NCBI GenBank assembly: GCA_041555515.1
Contig: JBFFKF010000003.1
Span: forward strand, 1,404 to 65,403
Direction: 5' to 3'
Length of the DNA stretch: 64,000 nt
Source of the DNA: Woeseiaceae bacterium
GTDB taxonomy: Bacteria > Pseudomonadota > Gammaproteobacteria > Steroidobacterales > Woeseiaceae
The position numbers and the translations under genes are program-made. Every line of letters begins with the position of its first letter. The stretch's first letter is position 1. The notes beneath the pieces are model-generated. The model had not been told where the DNA came from and made no database searches. It saw only the letters and a list, made by a program, of their open reading frames with translations. Below, one piece after another: positions 10,722-21,004 of this stretch.

Positions 10722-12554
10722 ATGTGCGGAATCGTCGGCGCCATTGCCGAAAGAAATGTCGTCCCGATACTGATGGAGGGCCTGCGCAGGCTCGAGTATC
10801 GCGGCTACGACTCGGCCGGCATCGCGGTCCGCAATGGCGAGACGATTAAACGCATTCGCCGGGTCGGCAAGGTCCAGGAACTACAGAACGCGCTGGACGA
10901 AAATCCGGTTCGCGGCGAGAGCGGCATCTCGCACACGCGGTGGGCGACCCACGGCGTGCCCAATGAGATCAACGCGCACCCGCACATGTCGCAGGAAGAC
11001 ATCGCGATCGTGCACAACGGCATCATCGAGAATTACGAGGAATTGCGCGACGATCTGTTAAGTAACGGGTTCGAGTTCGAGTCGGAAACCGACACGGAAG
11101 TCGTCGCACACAGGATCAAGCAGCATTTAGCGAAAACGGGTGATTTGGCGGCGGCAGTCAAGGCGACGGTTGCGGAACTCGAGGGCGCTTATGCGCTTGC
11201 CGTCATGAGCGCGAGCGATCCCGACAAACTGATCCTCGCAAGAGCCGGTTGCCCGGTCGTCGTCGGCCTGGGCATCGGCGAGAATTTTGTTGCCAGTGAT
11301 GTCGCGGCACTGCTTCCGGTAACGCGCAAATTCATGTTCCTCGACGAGGGCGACATCGCCGTGGTCGAGAAAGAGAACGTGTCGGTTTACGACGCGGACG
11401 GAAGGGAAGTCGCGCGGCCGATCAAGGAAAGTGAATTGTCGGCAGATGCCGCGGAGCGCGGCAATTTCCGGCACTACATGCAGAAGGAAATCCACGAGCA
11501 GGGGCGGGCCGTTGCCCGCACCATCGAGGAGCGCATCGCAAACGGCAAGGTGCTGGATGCCGCTTTCGGGCCGGAAGCGAACCAGGTGCTGGACCATACC
11601 AGGGGAATACATATCGTCGCCTGCGGTACGAGTTTCCACGCGGGGCTGATTGCCAGGTACTGGATCGAGCAGCTGTGCAGGCTGCCGTGTTCGGTCGAGA
11701 TCGCCAGCGAATACCGCTACCGATCCCCGGTGGTTCCCGACGGCACCCTGTTTGTAACGATCAGCCAGTCCGGGGAGACCGCGGACACGCTCGCCGCGTT
11801 GCGTGCCGCAAAAGAGCTGAATTACCTGTCTTCACTCACGATCTGCAACTCACCCGAAAGCTCGATGGTCAGGGAATCGGCGCTGTCGCTGCTGACACAC
11901 GCGGGCCCGGAAATCGGTGTTGCGTCGACCAAGGCGTTTACGACGCAACTCGCGGCGCTTGCGCTGCTGACGATTTCGCTGGCCCGGCGCAACGGGCTCG
12001 AAGAGAAGCAGGAACGCATCCTGGTTGCGCAACTCGCCGAGCTGCCCGGCCTGATCGAAGAAGTGCTGGCACTCGATTCGGCGATCGAGACGCTGGCCGA
12101 GCATTTCGTCGACAAGGACCATGCACTGTTCCTCGGCCGCGGCGTGCAGAATCCTGTGGCCATGGAAGGCGCGCTCAAGTTGAAGGAGATTTCCTATATT
12201 CATGCCGAAGCGTACGCGGCCGGGGAGTTGAAACACGGGCCGCTGGCGCTGGTGGACGAGAACATGCCGGTCATCGCCGTGGCGCCCGACGATGACTTAC
12301 TGGAGAAACTGAAGAGTAACCTGCAGGAAGTTCGCGCGCGTGGCGGGGAACTGTACGTGTTTGCGGATCCGCGCGTGCAGTTCGGCGACCGGGTCGGCAT
12401 TCATACGATGCGCCTGCCGGCGCTGATCCAGGATTTCCAGGCGCCGATTATCTACACGATTCCACTGCAGCTGCTTGCCTATCATGTCGCCGTGCTGAAG
12501 GGCACCGACGTCGACCAGCCGCGAAACCTGGCCAAGTCCGTGACCGTAGAGTAA
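10722..12554 (+). CDS. glmS: glutamine--fructose-6-phosphate aminotransferase
   Basis: 610 aa with the N-terminal MCGIVG nucleophile and a C-terminal ...AKSVTVE. Two SIS domains. Confidence 0.97.
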   Translation: MCGIVGAIAERNVVPILMEGLRRLEYRGYDSAGIAVRNGETIKRIRRVGKVQELQNALDENPVRGESGISHTRWATHGVPNEINAHPHMSQEDIAIVHNGIIENYEELRDDLLSNGFEFESETDTEVVAHRIKQHLAKTGDLAAAVKATVAELEGAYALAVMSASDPDKLILARAGCPVVVGLGIGENFVASDVAALLPVTRKFMFLDEGDIAVVEKENVSVYDADGREVARPIKESELSADAAERGNFRHYMQKEIHEQGRAVARTIEERIANGKVLDAAFGPEANQVLDHTRGIHIVACGTSFHAGLIARYWIEQLCRLPCSVEIASEYRYRSPVVPDGTLFVTISQSGETADTLAALRAAKELNYLSSLTICNSPESSMVRESALSLLTHAGPEIGVASTKAFTTQLAALALLTISLARRNGLEEKQERILVAQLAELPGLIEEVLALDSAIETLAEHFVDKDHALFLGRGVQNPVAMEGALKLKEISYIHAEAYAAGELKHGPLALVDENMPVIAVAPDDDLLEKLKSNLQEVRARGGELYVFADPRVQFGDRVGIHTMRLPALIQDFQAPIIYTIPLQLLAYHVAVLKGTDVDQPRNLAKSVTVE

Positions 12555-12581
12555 GCGGGAGCTTTCGCAGGCCGAACGCCG

Positions 12582-13043
12582 CTAATAATTCTCAAGCAAC
12601 TTTTCGATAGCGCCGGGATCCTTGCCGACCATCTCTTTGTCGATGGTCACGGCCGGTGCGACATTGCCGGCTTTCGCGAGTGCGTCTCGCAGTATGCCGA
12701 GGAAACGCGGCGCCGCGATCAGCGCTATCTCCTCGCAGGATCCTTTATGCACGGCGTGGGCAATCCGCTGCGCCAATAGCTTTGCAAAAGCCTGAGCAGC
12801 ATGTTTTTTGGGGCCGGACTTTTCCTTCGTCATCGTATGGCGTCCCTGCCCGTGACTGTCAAAACTGCGGCCGCCACGATCGGAAATCAGCTCACCGGTT
12901 TTTTTCCGCTCGGCTTCATTCTTCATTTGAAACAGCTCGGTCAGCGCGCCACGCCTGGATTGTCGTTCATAAACGGTAGCCGCAGACTCATCGGCGACTA
13001 TGATCCAGGTTTTCCTCGTGTTGAGCAGAAGCTTAGATGCCAC
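12582..13043 (-). CDS. host attachment protein family (Pfam Host_attach-like)
   Basis: 153 aa. The pattern WIIVADESAATVYE ... SDRGGRSFDS ... FAKLLAQRI matches my recollection of the Host_attach family. Confidence 0.6.
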   Translation of the reverse strand: MASKLLLNTRKTWIIVADESAATVYERQSRRGALTELFQMKNEAERKKTGELISDRGGRSFDSHGQGRHTMTKEKSGPKKHAAQAFAKLLAQRIAHAVHKGSCEEIALIAAPRFLGILRDALAKAGNVAPAVTIDKEMVGKDPGAIEKLLENY

Positions 13044-13161
13044 GACCGGTCCGCTTCTTCGTCAGCTGTCCGAGCCTAATTATGGTTCAAGCGCATCGCC
13101 GACGCAGCAAGTAGATATACGCATTGCATACGCCGGCTGGCTGCCGCATTAAACTGGTGGC

Positions 13162-15885
13162 ATGACTATGGGTTCGACCATGGGCAAGGAAGGCAAGCGC
13201 GCCACTGCCTGGAACCAGAGTACCGCCGGAGTGCTGGCAGATCTCGAGGTCGATGCCCTCCTCGGTCTTACCAACGGCGCCGTGCAGATACGCCGGCGCC
13301 GCTTCGGTCCGAACCTGCTGCAAGCCGCCAAACGCCGCAGCATCCTGTCGATCATGGCGGATCAGTTCAAAAGCGTGGTCATCCTGCTGCTCTTCATGGC
13401 AGGCGTACTCGCATTCCTTTTTGCAGATTTTGCCGAGGGACTGGCGATATTCGCGGTCATTGCAATAAACAGTTCGATCGGCTTCCTGACGGAATGGCGG
13501 GCGATTCGATCGATGGAAGCGCTGCGGCGCCTGGGCTCGGTGCAGACTGTCGTAATGCGCGACGGCAATATCCAGGAAATTCCGGCCGGCCAGCTCGTGC
13601 CCGGCGATATCGTTGTCCTCGAGGGAGGCGACATCGTCACCGCGGATATTCGGCTGATCGAAGCCGCGAAGTTGCAGGCCGACGAGTCAACACTGACCGG
13701 GGAATCCCTGCCGGTCGACAAGCAGACAGAAGCCTTGCCCGAGGCAACGCCGGTCATGGAGCGGAGCAATTCCGTGTTCAAGGGCACGGCGATTACGCGC
13801 GGTTCGGGAAAAGGCGTCGTGGTCGAAACAGGAATGTCGACCGAACTGGGGCGCATTTCCCGCCTGGTCACCGAGGCAGAGGCTCATCAGACGCCCCTCG
13901 AAAAGCGCCTCGACGCGCTCGGCAGACGGCTTGCATGGGCAGTGCTGGCCATTGGTCTGTTCATTGCGGTGATCAGTATATTGCTCGGGCGCGACGCGCT
14001 GCTCTCGATCGAAGTCGGGATTGCTCTGGCTGTTGCCGCGGTACCGGAAGGACTGCCAATCGTCGCAACGATCGCCCTGGCCCGCGGCATGTGGCGCATG
14101 GCAAAGCGCAATGCGCTGGTCGCGCGCTTGTCGGCCGTTGAAACGCTCGGTGCGACGAGCGTCATTCTTACGGACAAGACCGGGACGCTGACAGAAAACC
14201 GCATGACGGTGACAACGATTCGGCTGCCCGACGATCTCGAGATCGCGCTCGAAGGCCATGGCGATGCAGCTCACAGCAGGTTTGTGCTTCGGGACGGAAG
14301 CCTCGATCGAGATTCGGCCCAGTTGCTCGACCAACTCTTGCAGACGGTCGCGCTGTGCAGCAATGCAAGCCTGCGTGTCGGACCGGGCGGAGACGAAATA
14401 ACCATCGGCGACCCCACCGAGGTTGCGCTGCTGGTCGCCGCAAACCGGCGCGGCTTGAATCGCGACAAGCTTTTGACGCGCTGGCCCGAAATTCACGAGA
14501 TCGCATTCGATCCTGCCAGCAAGAGAATGGCGACCATACATACGGGTAACTCCCGGTTTCATGTAGCAGTCAAGGGCGCGCCAGAAACGGTCATTCCATT
14601 ATGTGCCTCGATGCAGACGCGGGCAGGTGAGGTGACACTCGGTGATCGCGATCGACAGCGCTGGCTGGATCACGCCCACGAACTTGCTCACAGGGGATTG
14701 AGAACACTCGCCGTGGCAAAAAAATCTACCGACGATCAAACGGGAAACCCTTACAAAAATCTCGTATTACTCGGTGTCGCAGGGCTCGAAGATCCTGCAC
14801 GTGAGGGCGTAAGTGAAGCGATCGATCGATGTCGCAATGCGGGTGTATCGGTCGTGATGGTGACCGGCGATCACCAGGCAACCGCGCGCAACATCGGCAT
14901 CGAACTCGGCATGGTGGACAGCGATGCCCATTCCCGCCAGTTCGTTAACGGCACCGAGCTCGATGAAATTCTCGCCAGGCCGGCCAGCGAGGAGCTGCTC
15001 GCGGCCAGGGTCTTCTCCCGCGTATCGCCGGAACAGAAACTCAATCTGATCGATTTCTACCAGCAACAGGGATCTGTCGTTGCCATGACGGGAGACGGCG
15101 TCAATGACGCGCCGGCACTCAAGAAAGCAGACATCGGTATCGCGATGGGTGTCCGGGGGACCGCGGTTGCAAAGGAAGCGGCGGCAATGATTCTGGAGGA
15201 CGACGAATTCCGCACCATCGTCGAAGCGATTGCATATGGCCGGGCAATCTTTCAGAACATACGCAAGTTCGTTGTCTATTTGCTGTCCTGCAACATCAGC
15301 GAAGTGTTGATCGTGACACTCGCAACCGTGGCTGGCGCGCCGCTACCATTACTGCCGTTGCAAATTCTGTTTCTCAATCTGGTTACCGACGTCTTTCCCG
15401 CGCTGGCGCTCGGCGTAGGACCCGGCTCGAGTAAACTCATGGAGAGGCGGCCGAGGCCCGGCGATGAGCCGGTCCTTACCCGGTCGCACTGGCTACGCAT
15501 CGCGGTACACGGAGTAGTCATATCGGCGGCAGTCCTCGTGGCAATGAGCATCGCCATACTGCATTTGCAGTTCGACGCAGCCAACGCGGTGACGGTGTCA
15601 TTCTGCACGCTTGCGATGGCACAGCTCTGGCACGTATTCAATATGCGGGAGGATCCGCGGCAATTCGTATTCAACGAGATCACGAGAAATGTCTGGATAT
15701 GGATAGCGATCGGCATTTGCCTGGCATTGATCCTGATGGCGGTATACACGCCGCTTTTGCGGGTTTTGCTGGAACTGACCGATCCGGGCGCCCGGGGCTG
15801 GCTGCTGATTGTCCTTGCCAGCTTCATTCCGCTGTTGCTCGGCCCTGCCGTGCAACACCTGGCGTTAAAGTCCGGCAAGAATTAA
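13162..15885 (+). CDS. cation-transporting P-type ATPase (P2/Ca2+- or Mg2+-type)
   Basis: 907 aa with phosphorylation motif DKTGTLT, hinge motif TGDGVNDAPALKKADIG and about 10 TM segments. Several alternative Met starts lie between 13162 and 13180. Confidence 0.9.
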   Translation: MTMGSTMGKEGKRATAWNQSTAGVLADLEVDALLGLTNGAVQIRRRRFGPNLLQAAKRRSILSIMADQFKSVVILLLFMAGVLAFLFADFAEGLAIFAVIAINSSIGFLTEWRAIRSMEALRRLGSVQTVVMRDGNIQEIPAGQLVPGDIVVLEGGDIVTADIRLIEAAKLQADESTLTGESLPVDKQTEALPEATPVMERSNSVFKGTAITRGSGKGVVVETGMSTELGRISRLVTEAEAHQTPLEKRLDALGRRLAWAVLAIGLFIAVISILLGRDALLSIEVGIALAVAAVPEGLPIVATIALARGMWRMAKRNALVARLSAVETLGATSVILTDKTGTLTENRMTVTTIRLPDDLEIALEGHGDAAHSRFVLRDGSLDRDSAQLLDQLLQTVALCSNASLRVGPGGDEITIGDPTEVALLVAANRRGLNRDKLLTRWPEIHEIAFDPASKRMATIHTGNSRFHVAVKGAPETVIPLCASMQTRAGEVTLGDRDRQRWLDHAHELAHRGLRTLAVAKKSTDDQTGNPYKNLVLLGVAGLEDPAREGVSEAIDRCRNAGVSVVMVTGDHQATARNIGIELGMVDSDAHSRQFVNGTELDEILARPASEELLAARVFSRVSPEQKLNLIDFYQQQGSVVAMTGDGVNDAPALKKADIGIAMGVRGTAVAKEAAAMILEDDEFRTIVEAIAYGRAIFQNIRKFVVYLLSCNISEVLIVTLATVAGAPLPLLPLQILFLNLVTDVFPALALGVGPGSSKLMERRPRPGDEPVLTRSHWLRIAVHGVVISAAVLVAMSIAILHLQFDAANAVTVSFCTLAMAQLWHVFNMREDPRQFVFNEITRNVWIWIAIGICLALILMAVYTPLLRVLLELTDPGARGWLLIVLASFIPLLLGPAVQHLALKSGKN

Positions 15886-15956
15886 TCACGGTCTGGATCG
15901 CTTCCTGGAAGTGCTATGCTCGGCGATGATGCCGTCGCGAGGCGGCGGCTGTACCC

Positions 15957-16916
15957 ATGGAAGTCGAATCGCCCTTGCTAAGCCTTGATGCCAAAACCGT
16001 TGCCGAGGCGTTGCCGTACGACCAGTTGATCGAAACGCTGCAAATCGCTTTCGGCAGTGACTACGAAGTGCCGCAGCGCGCGCATCACCAGGTAGCGCTT
16101 CCGGATGGCAATCCCGGCACTTTATTGTTGATGCCCGCCTGGCGGCCGGGCGGCAGCATGGGCGTCAAGATCGCCACGGTGTTCCCGGATAATGCGGCGC
16201 GGGGACATCCGGCCGTCCATGCCAGCTACATACTGATGAGCGCGGAGACCGGTATGCCGCTCGCAATACTGGATGGCACGGAGATTACGCTTCGCAGGAC
16301 TGCGGCCGCTTCCGCGTTGGCGTCGACTTACCTGTCCAGGCGCGATGCCACAAGACTGCTGATGATCGGCACCGGCAATCTCGCGCCGCACCTGATTGCC
16401 GCGCACGCGACGACGAGGCCGATCACCGAGGTATGCATCTGGGGACGGCGCGGCGATGCGGCACGGATGCTCAAAGACACACTGGCCACGTCTTCCTTTT
16501 CGATAACGGTGTCTGATGACCTCGAGAATGCCGTCGGTCGCGCAGATATCATCAGCTGCGCAACGCTCGCGAACGAGCCACTGGTGCGCGGTGCATGGCT
16601 CGAGCCCGGACAGCATCTCGACCTGGTCGGCGCCTTCAAACCGGAAATGCGGGAAGCGGACAGCGAAGCCGTGGCGCGCGCGGATGTCTACGTGGATACG
16701 AGAAGCGGCGCGTTGTCGGAGGGCGGTGACATTATCCAGGCCATCAGCGACGGCTCTATTCGCGAGTCAGACATTTGCGGGGAGCTTCGCGATCTCGTCA
16801 ACGGCAAAGACCCCGGGCGAGCATCCGGGGATTCGATTACCTTGTTCAAATCTGTTGGCACCGCGATCGAAGACCTGGCGGCGGCCGAGCTCGCCCTAAG
16901 AAATAGCGGCGTGTAA
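15957..16916 (+). CDS. ornithine cyclodeaminase/mu-crystallin family protein
   Basis: 319 aa with the Rossmann segment LLMIGTGNLAPHL and a typical OCD/mu-crystallin C-terminus (LFKSVGTAIEDLAAA). Confidence 0.8.
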   Translation: MEVESPLLSLDAKTVAEALPYDQLIETLQIAFGSDYEVPQRAHHQVALPDGNPGTLLLMPAWRPGGSMGVKIATVFPDNAARGHPAVHASYILMSAETGMPLAILDGTEITLRRTAAASALASTYLSRRDATRLLMIGTGNLAPHLIAAHATTRPITEVCIWGRRGDAARMLKDTLATSSFSITVSDDLENAVGRADIISCATLANEPLVRGAWLEPGQHLDLVGAFKPEMREADSEAVARADVYVDTRSGALSEGGDIIQAISDGSIRESDICGELRDLVNGKDPGRASGDSITLFKSVGTAIEDLAAAELALRNSGV

Positions 16917-16952
16917 GCGCGGCTGCGAGGCTGGCGCTTCAGCCCCGATTCC

Positions 16953-17564
16953 TTAAATCCCGATTAAACCGTCCTCGATGAGCTCCGCCGTAATCGCCGC
17001 CACCTGATCCGATATGACTGTTTCGACTGTCGCGGTATCGAACAGCAACGATTCGATTGCCCAGACTTTTTTCTTCGCGCGGGCGTCATAGACCTCGACC
17101 ACGAATGAAACGGTCGATCCGACAGTTATCGGTGCAGGAATATTCAGCTCTTCGTAATCGTACAGGTACAGTTCGAAACCGTGGCCGGTCGGACGATTCG
17201 GCGCCAGGTCTGCCTGGTCCTGGCCTTTCACGCGCGTCAGAATGATCGCATCAAATTCCCTGGCCCTGACGGCTTCGTTAAGCACCTTGCGGGTCAGTTG
17301 AGCCTGGCGGCCGACGATCGTGTAAAAAGGCGTAGCGATAGGCTCGTCGGCGGAAAATTCAGCGACGAGTTGTTGCTCGAAGCGAACGCGAGTCGGAAAC
17401 TCGCCGGCGACACTGATAACAAGCACATTGCGGAACGGCGACTCTGGATCGAACTCGTCCAGTGTCTTGATGATGGTACCGGACGACTGTGTCGTGGCGC
17501 AGCCGCCGAATGCGGCAGGCACGACAAAAAGTACGAGCAGCGCTACGTGACGTAGTCTCTGCAT
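16953..17564 (-). CDS. hypothetical lipoprotein
   Basis: Internal ATG at 17564 gives MQRLRHVALLVLFVVPAAFGGC (lipobox FGGC). No recognised family. Confidence 0.5.
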   Translation of the reverse strand: MQRLRHVALLVLFVVPAAFGGCATTQSSGTIIKTLDEFDPESPFRNVLVISVAGEFPTRVRFEQQLVAEFSADEPIATPFYTIVGRQAQLTRKVLNEAVRAREFDAIILTRVKGQDQADLAPNRPTGHGFELYLYDYEELNIPAPITVGSTVSFVVEVYDARAKKKVWAIESLLFDTATVETVISDQVAAITAELIEDGLIGI

Positions 17565-17721
17565 TCCAGCCTCCCGATGTAACAAACAGACCCGCGCCGG
17601 ACTTCCTTGCGAGGCTTTATACCATCCGGCGGAACACGTTGCCGTGACGCCGGTAACACGTACCGACCGTGTAATATACTGGCTGATTCGCTCGGCAGAA
17701 CGGTCTGGCCGCAATTCTTAC

Positions 17722-18252
17722 ATGCTGCGTCTACAGAAAAAACACTCAGGAATACAGGCACATACAGGACCAAAACCGGACGCCGCCCGCATACTGGCGC
17801 AGCAATCCCTGGGGCGGGCGATCGCGGCGGGCATCCTCGTCGTGCTGCTCTGCGGCTGGATGTGGGCGATCCTGTCCGTGCAAACCGGGCGGGTATTTCC
17901 CTGGTTCACCATACTGATCGGTGCGATCGTCGGACTCGCCATACGCAGGTATGGCCGTGGTTTCGAGTGGCGCTTTGCCGCGGTAGCTGCATTTATCGCA
18001 TGGGTCGGCGCCTACGCAGAAAACCTGATGATCGGCATAGTGGAGACCGGGCGGTATATCGAGGCTGCCCCGTATCGTGTATTTGCCGGACTTTCCATGG
18101 ATACGATCGAAAACTTTTTCGCAAATACGGTCAGCCCGGTCGATCATATTTACGCTGTCTGTGCCGCGGGCGTCGCGGCATTCTTTGCACAGCGCAAGCT
18201 TAACAGGCGCGAAGTTCTCGCGATAAGAACGATGAACAAAGCTAAGGAATGA
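17722..18252 (+). CDS. hypothetical membrane protein
   Basis: Three to four predicted TM segments (AAGILVVLLCGWMWAIL, WFTILIGAIVGLAI and others). Start uncertain (17644 or 17722). Confidence 0.4.
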   Translation: MLRLQKKHSGIQAHTGPKPDAARILAQQSLGRAIAAGILVVLLCGWMWAILSVQTGRVFPWFTILIGAIVGLAIRRYGRGFEWRFAAVAAFIAWVGAYAENLMIGIVETGRYIEAAPYRVFAGLSMDTIENFFANTVSPVDHIYAVCAAGVAAFFAQRKLNRREVLAIRTMNKAKE

Positions 18253-18437
18253 AGCCGGGCGAACTCTGGATATACGGCGATTCGTGATCGGCTAACTGCT
18301 GCAAGTTGCAGTTACTTTGCACGGAACCGGGCATCGACTGGGACTGGTAAGCTGTCGATATCCTGGCGGGCGATACGCATACGCCACAATTCCGGGCAAT
18401 GAACGCGACCAGCAAAATACCAATCAATGCCGGAGAA

Positions 18438-19001
18438 ATGAGCATGAAAGTCGAGTTCTTCTATGATTACGTCAGTATCTATTCCTACCTGGCAAACAGC
18501 CAGTTGCCGGGACTGGAAGGTGCTGAAATCGTGTATCGGCCGATGTTACTGGGGGCCGTCATGCAGGCTACGGGCAACCGGCCGCCGGGAACGGTCGAGG
18601 CGAAGAGAAAATTCCTGCTGGCGGACGCCGAGCGCTGGGCCAGGCGTTACGCATTGCCGTGGAAGATGAATCCGGTTTTTCCGCAAAACACCGTGAAAGC
18701 ATTGCGGCTGGCGCTGGTGGCCAGCAAACATGGCGTATTCGAAGCCGTTCACCAGGCCTTATTTGCCGCCATCTGGGAACAGCAAAAGGACCTGAGCGAT
18801 GAGCACGTGCTTGCAGAGATTGCGAAAGAACACGGCCTCGCGCTCGAGGAAATCGAAGCACAGGCAATAAAGGATGAACTCAAGGCGAACACCGGGGAAG
18901 CGGTTGACCGTGGGGCTTTCGGCGCACCGACTTTCTTCATCGGCGAAGAGATGTTCTTCGGCAATGACCGCTTCGAATTTATAAGAGAGACGATTGCTTA
19001 A
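18438..19001 (+). CDS. 2-hydroxychromene-2-carboxylate isomerase (DsbA-like thioredoxin fold)
   Basis: Family pattern EFFYDYVSIYSY ... GAPTFFIGEEMFFGNDR. Start at Met14 or Met16 of the ORF. Confidence 0.8.
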   Translation: MSMKVEFFYDYVSIYSYLANSQLPGLEGAEIVYRPMLLGAVMQATGNRPPGTVEAKRKFLLADAERWARRYALPWKMNPVFPQNTVKALRLALVASKHGVFEAVHQALFAAIWEQQKDLSDEHVLAEIAKEHGLALEEIEAQAIKDELKANTGEAVDRGAFGAPTFFIGEEMFFGNDRFEFIRETIA

Positions 19002-20105
19002 TTACGCGGAAACGTAACCCTGTGCGGCGGCGTGCTCAGGCGGCACCATGGAAAGTTGCTCGTGCACCAGGCTGTCGACATTCTGAATAGCATCGTTCAT
19101 GCCGAGAAAATAAGGTGGGCTGCGCCGCAGTAGTCGCCACTCGCCGGTCTTGAGGATCCGTACGAGGTGCATGAGATTCATCTTGATGGCTTCGACGTAA
19201 GGATTCGCACCATCATAGAGAACCTCGATGTAGCGGTACGCGCGATTGAATTTCTTTTCCAGCCGGTCCTTGGAAACCTGGCGGTAGAAGCCAGGCGTTT
19301 TTCGCAGCAGATCCTCACCGGACTCGTAACGGACGACGTACTCGCCGGGTCCCGCACTCTCGACAGCGATACCGCCCAGCACGAATTCCTTGTAAAGCCG
19401 GTCACGGCATTTTTCGAGGTAACAACGGTCTGCCATTTGAGCGATCAGATCCGCAGTTCCGAGTAAATGACCGCAGATTGCATCGCGCGGATCGTCGAGT
19501 TCTATCTTGTCCAGGTCCAGTTCATATCCGGTGAAATGCACGATCATGCTGGCCACACCGGCATCGCGTGCCAGGCCGAGTTCCGGCAGATAGCGGCGCA
19601 GGAAATCGGCGCTCCTGGAAACGTGATAAAGCGTGAATTCGGCGCCGTTCTGGAATTTGCTGTCGCGTTCCTCATGCCGTATGTAGCCCGAATCGTGAAA
19701 CAGCGAGGTGATGATCACCATTTGCGCGCGATGCGCGCCGAGGCGTTCGGCGGGATCGACACTGCGTTCATAGCCGGCCACCAGCCGGGCCAGGGCCAGC
19801 GTCATGTCGAGCGTGTGTTGCACGTCGTGATAGGTCGTATCGCAGCCCAGGTAGCCGGGATAATTACCGCTGAAAAGACGCTCGAAATCGTGGAAGGCGA
19901 GCCATAGCTTGTCGAACGAGGCGCCGGGGTAAGTTTCGGCGAATAATTCGTGCACGGCATCGCGGACCGCTGCAGGATCGCTTACCTGCACGGAATTGGT
20001 GACATCGAAGTCGTTACGCCGATCCTGGGACACTATTCTTCTCTGTTTTCTGCCAGGGGCCAGAACACCCGTATGACTGTAGCCGGGTTTCTCGTAAGTA
20101 TTCAT
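19002..20105 (-). CDS. HD domain-containing hypothetical protein
   Basis: 367 aa with H...HD-like motifs (YHDVQH, LFHDSGY, GTADL). Function unknown. Confidence 0.55.
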   Translation of the reverse strand: MNTYEKPGYSHTGVLAPGRKQRRIVSQDRRNDFDVTNSVQVSDPAAVRDAVHELFAETYPGASFDKLWLAFHDFERLFSGNYPGYLGCDTTYHDVQHTLDMTLALARLVAGYERSVDPAERLGAHRAQMVIITSLFHDSGYIRHEERDSKFQNGAEFTLYHVSRSADFLRRYLPELGLARDAGVASMIVHFTGYELDLDKIELDDPRDAICGHLLGTADLIAQMADRCYLEKCRDRLYKEFVLGGIAVESAGPGEYVVRYESGEDLLRKTPGFYRQVSKDRLEKKFNRAYRYIEVLYDGANPYVEAIKMNLMHLVRILKTGEWRLLRRSPPYFLGMNDAIQNVDSLVHEQLSMVPPEHAAAQGYVSA

Positions 20106-20236
20106 GCCTGGACCGTTGCCTAGCTTAACGGAAAGCTGCCCCTGGTTAGGCCAAAATCTGGCTCAATGGCGAGAAATGATACACCTTGCACGGCAAGCAT
20201 AGAGACCCCGTTCCGTTAATATGTCAAATTGCTTCC

Positions 20237-21004
20237 CTACAGATCGAACTCGGCAATCACCGGCGTATGGTCTGACGGGCGTTCCCAGGTTCGCGGTTCG
20301 CGGTCGATATAGCTCGACTGGCAAGCCCGGGTCATGGCGTCACTGGTGAGAATCAGGTCGATTCGCAGACCGGCGTTTCGCTGGAACCCGGCGCGACGGT
20401 AGTCCCACCAGCTGAACGCTTTCTCCGGCTGCTCGAACAAACGGAACACGTCGGTGAGGCCCAGTTCCAGGAGCCTGCCCAGCGCTTCGCGTTCCAGCGG
20501 GCTGCACAGAATGTCGTCGCCCCATTTCTCGGGGTCGTACACATCACGATCATCGGGCGCGATATTGAAATCGCCAAGCACGACGAGCTTGTCGTATTTC
20601 TTCAGTTCCTCCTCGAGGTAGGCCCTCAAGGCAGCAAGCCAGCTGAGCTTGTATTCATATTTCTCCGAGCCGACGCTCTGGCCGTTGGGCACGTACAGGT
20701 TGATGATGCGAACGCCGTCGATGGTCGAGGCGAGCACGCGGCGCTGCGGGTCCTCGAAGCCGGGAATTTCCAGGACGTGCTCGCCCGCAGGACTGCGGCT
20801 CAGGACGGCAACGCCGTTGTAGGTCTTTTGACCGTTGACCACCGACTGGTAACCGGCCTCCGTAAACGACTCCTCCGGGAACGCCTCGGAGACCTGCTTG
20901 ATCTCCTGCACGACGAGAATATCCGGGCTGGCGCTGGCCAGCCACTCCAGTACCTGCGGCAGCCGGACTTTCATGGAATTCACATTCCAGGTTGCGATCT
21001 TCAT
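20237..21004 (-). CDS. xthA: exodeoxyribonuclease III
   Basis: 255 aa with WNVNS, VVQE.K and SDHTPV motifs of the ExoIII/AP endonuclease family. The ATG overlaps the prlC stop. Confidence 0.92.
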   Translation of the reverse strand: MKIATWNVNSMKVRLPQVLEWLASASPDILVVQEIKQVSEAFPEESFTEAGYQSVVNGQKTYNGVAVLSRSPAGEHVLEIPGFEDPQRRVLASTIDGVRIINLYVPNGQSVGSEKYEYKLSWLAALRAYLEEELKKYDKLVVLGDFNIAPDDRDVYDPEKWGDDILCSPLEREALGRLLELGLTDVFRLFEQPEKAFSWWDYRRAGFQRNAGLRIDLILTSDAMTRACQSSYIDREPRTWERPSDHTPVIAEFDL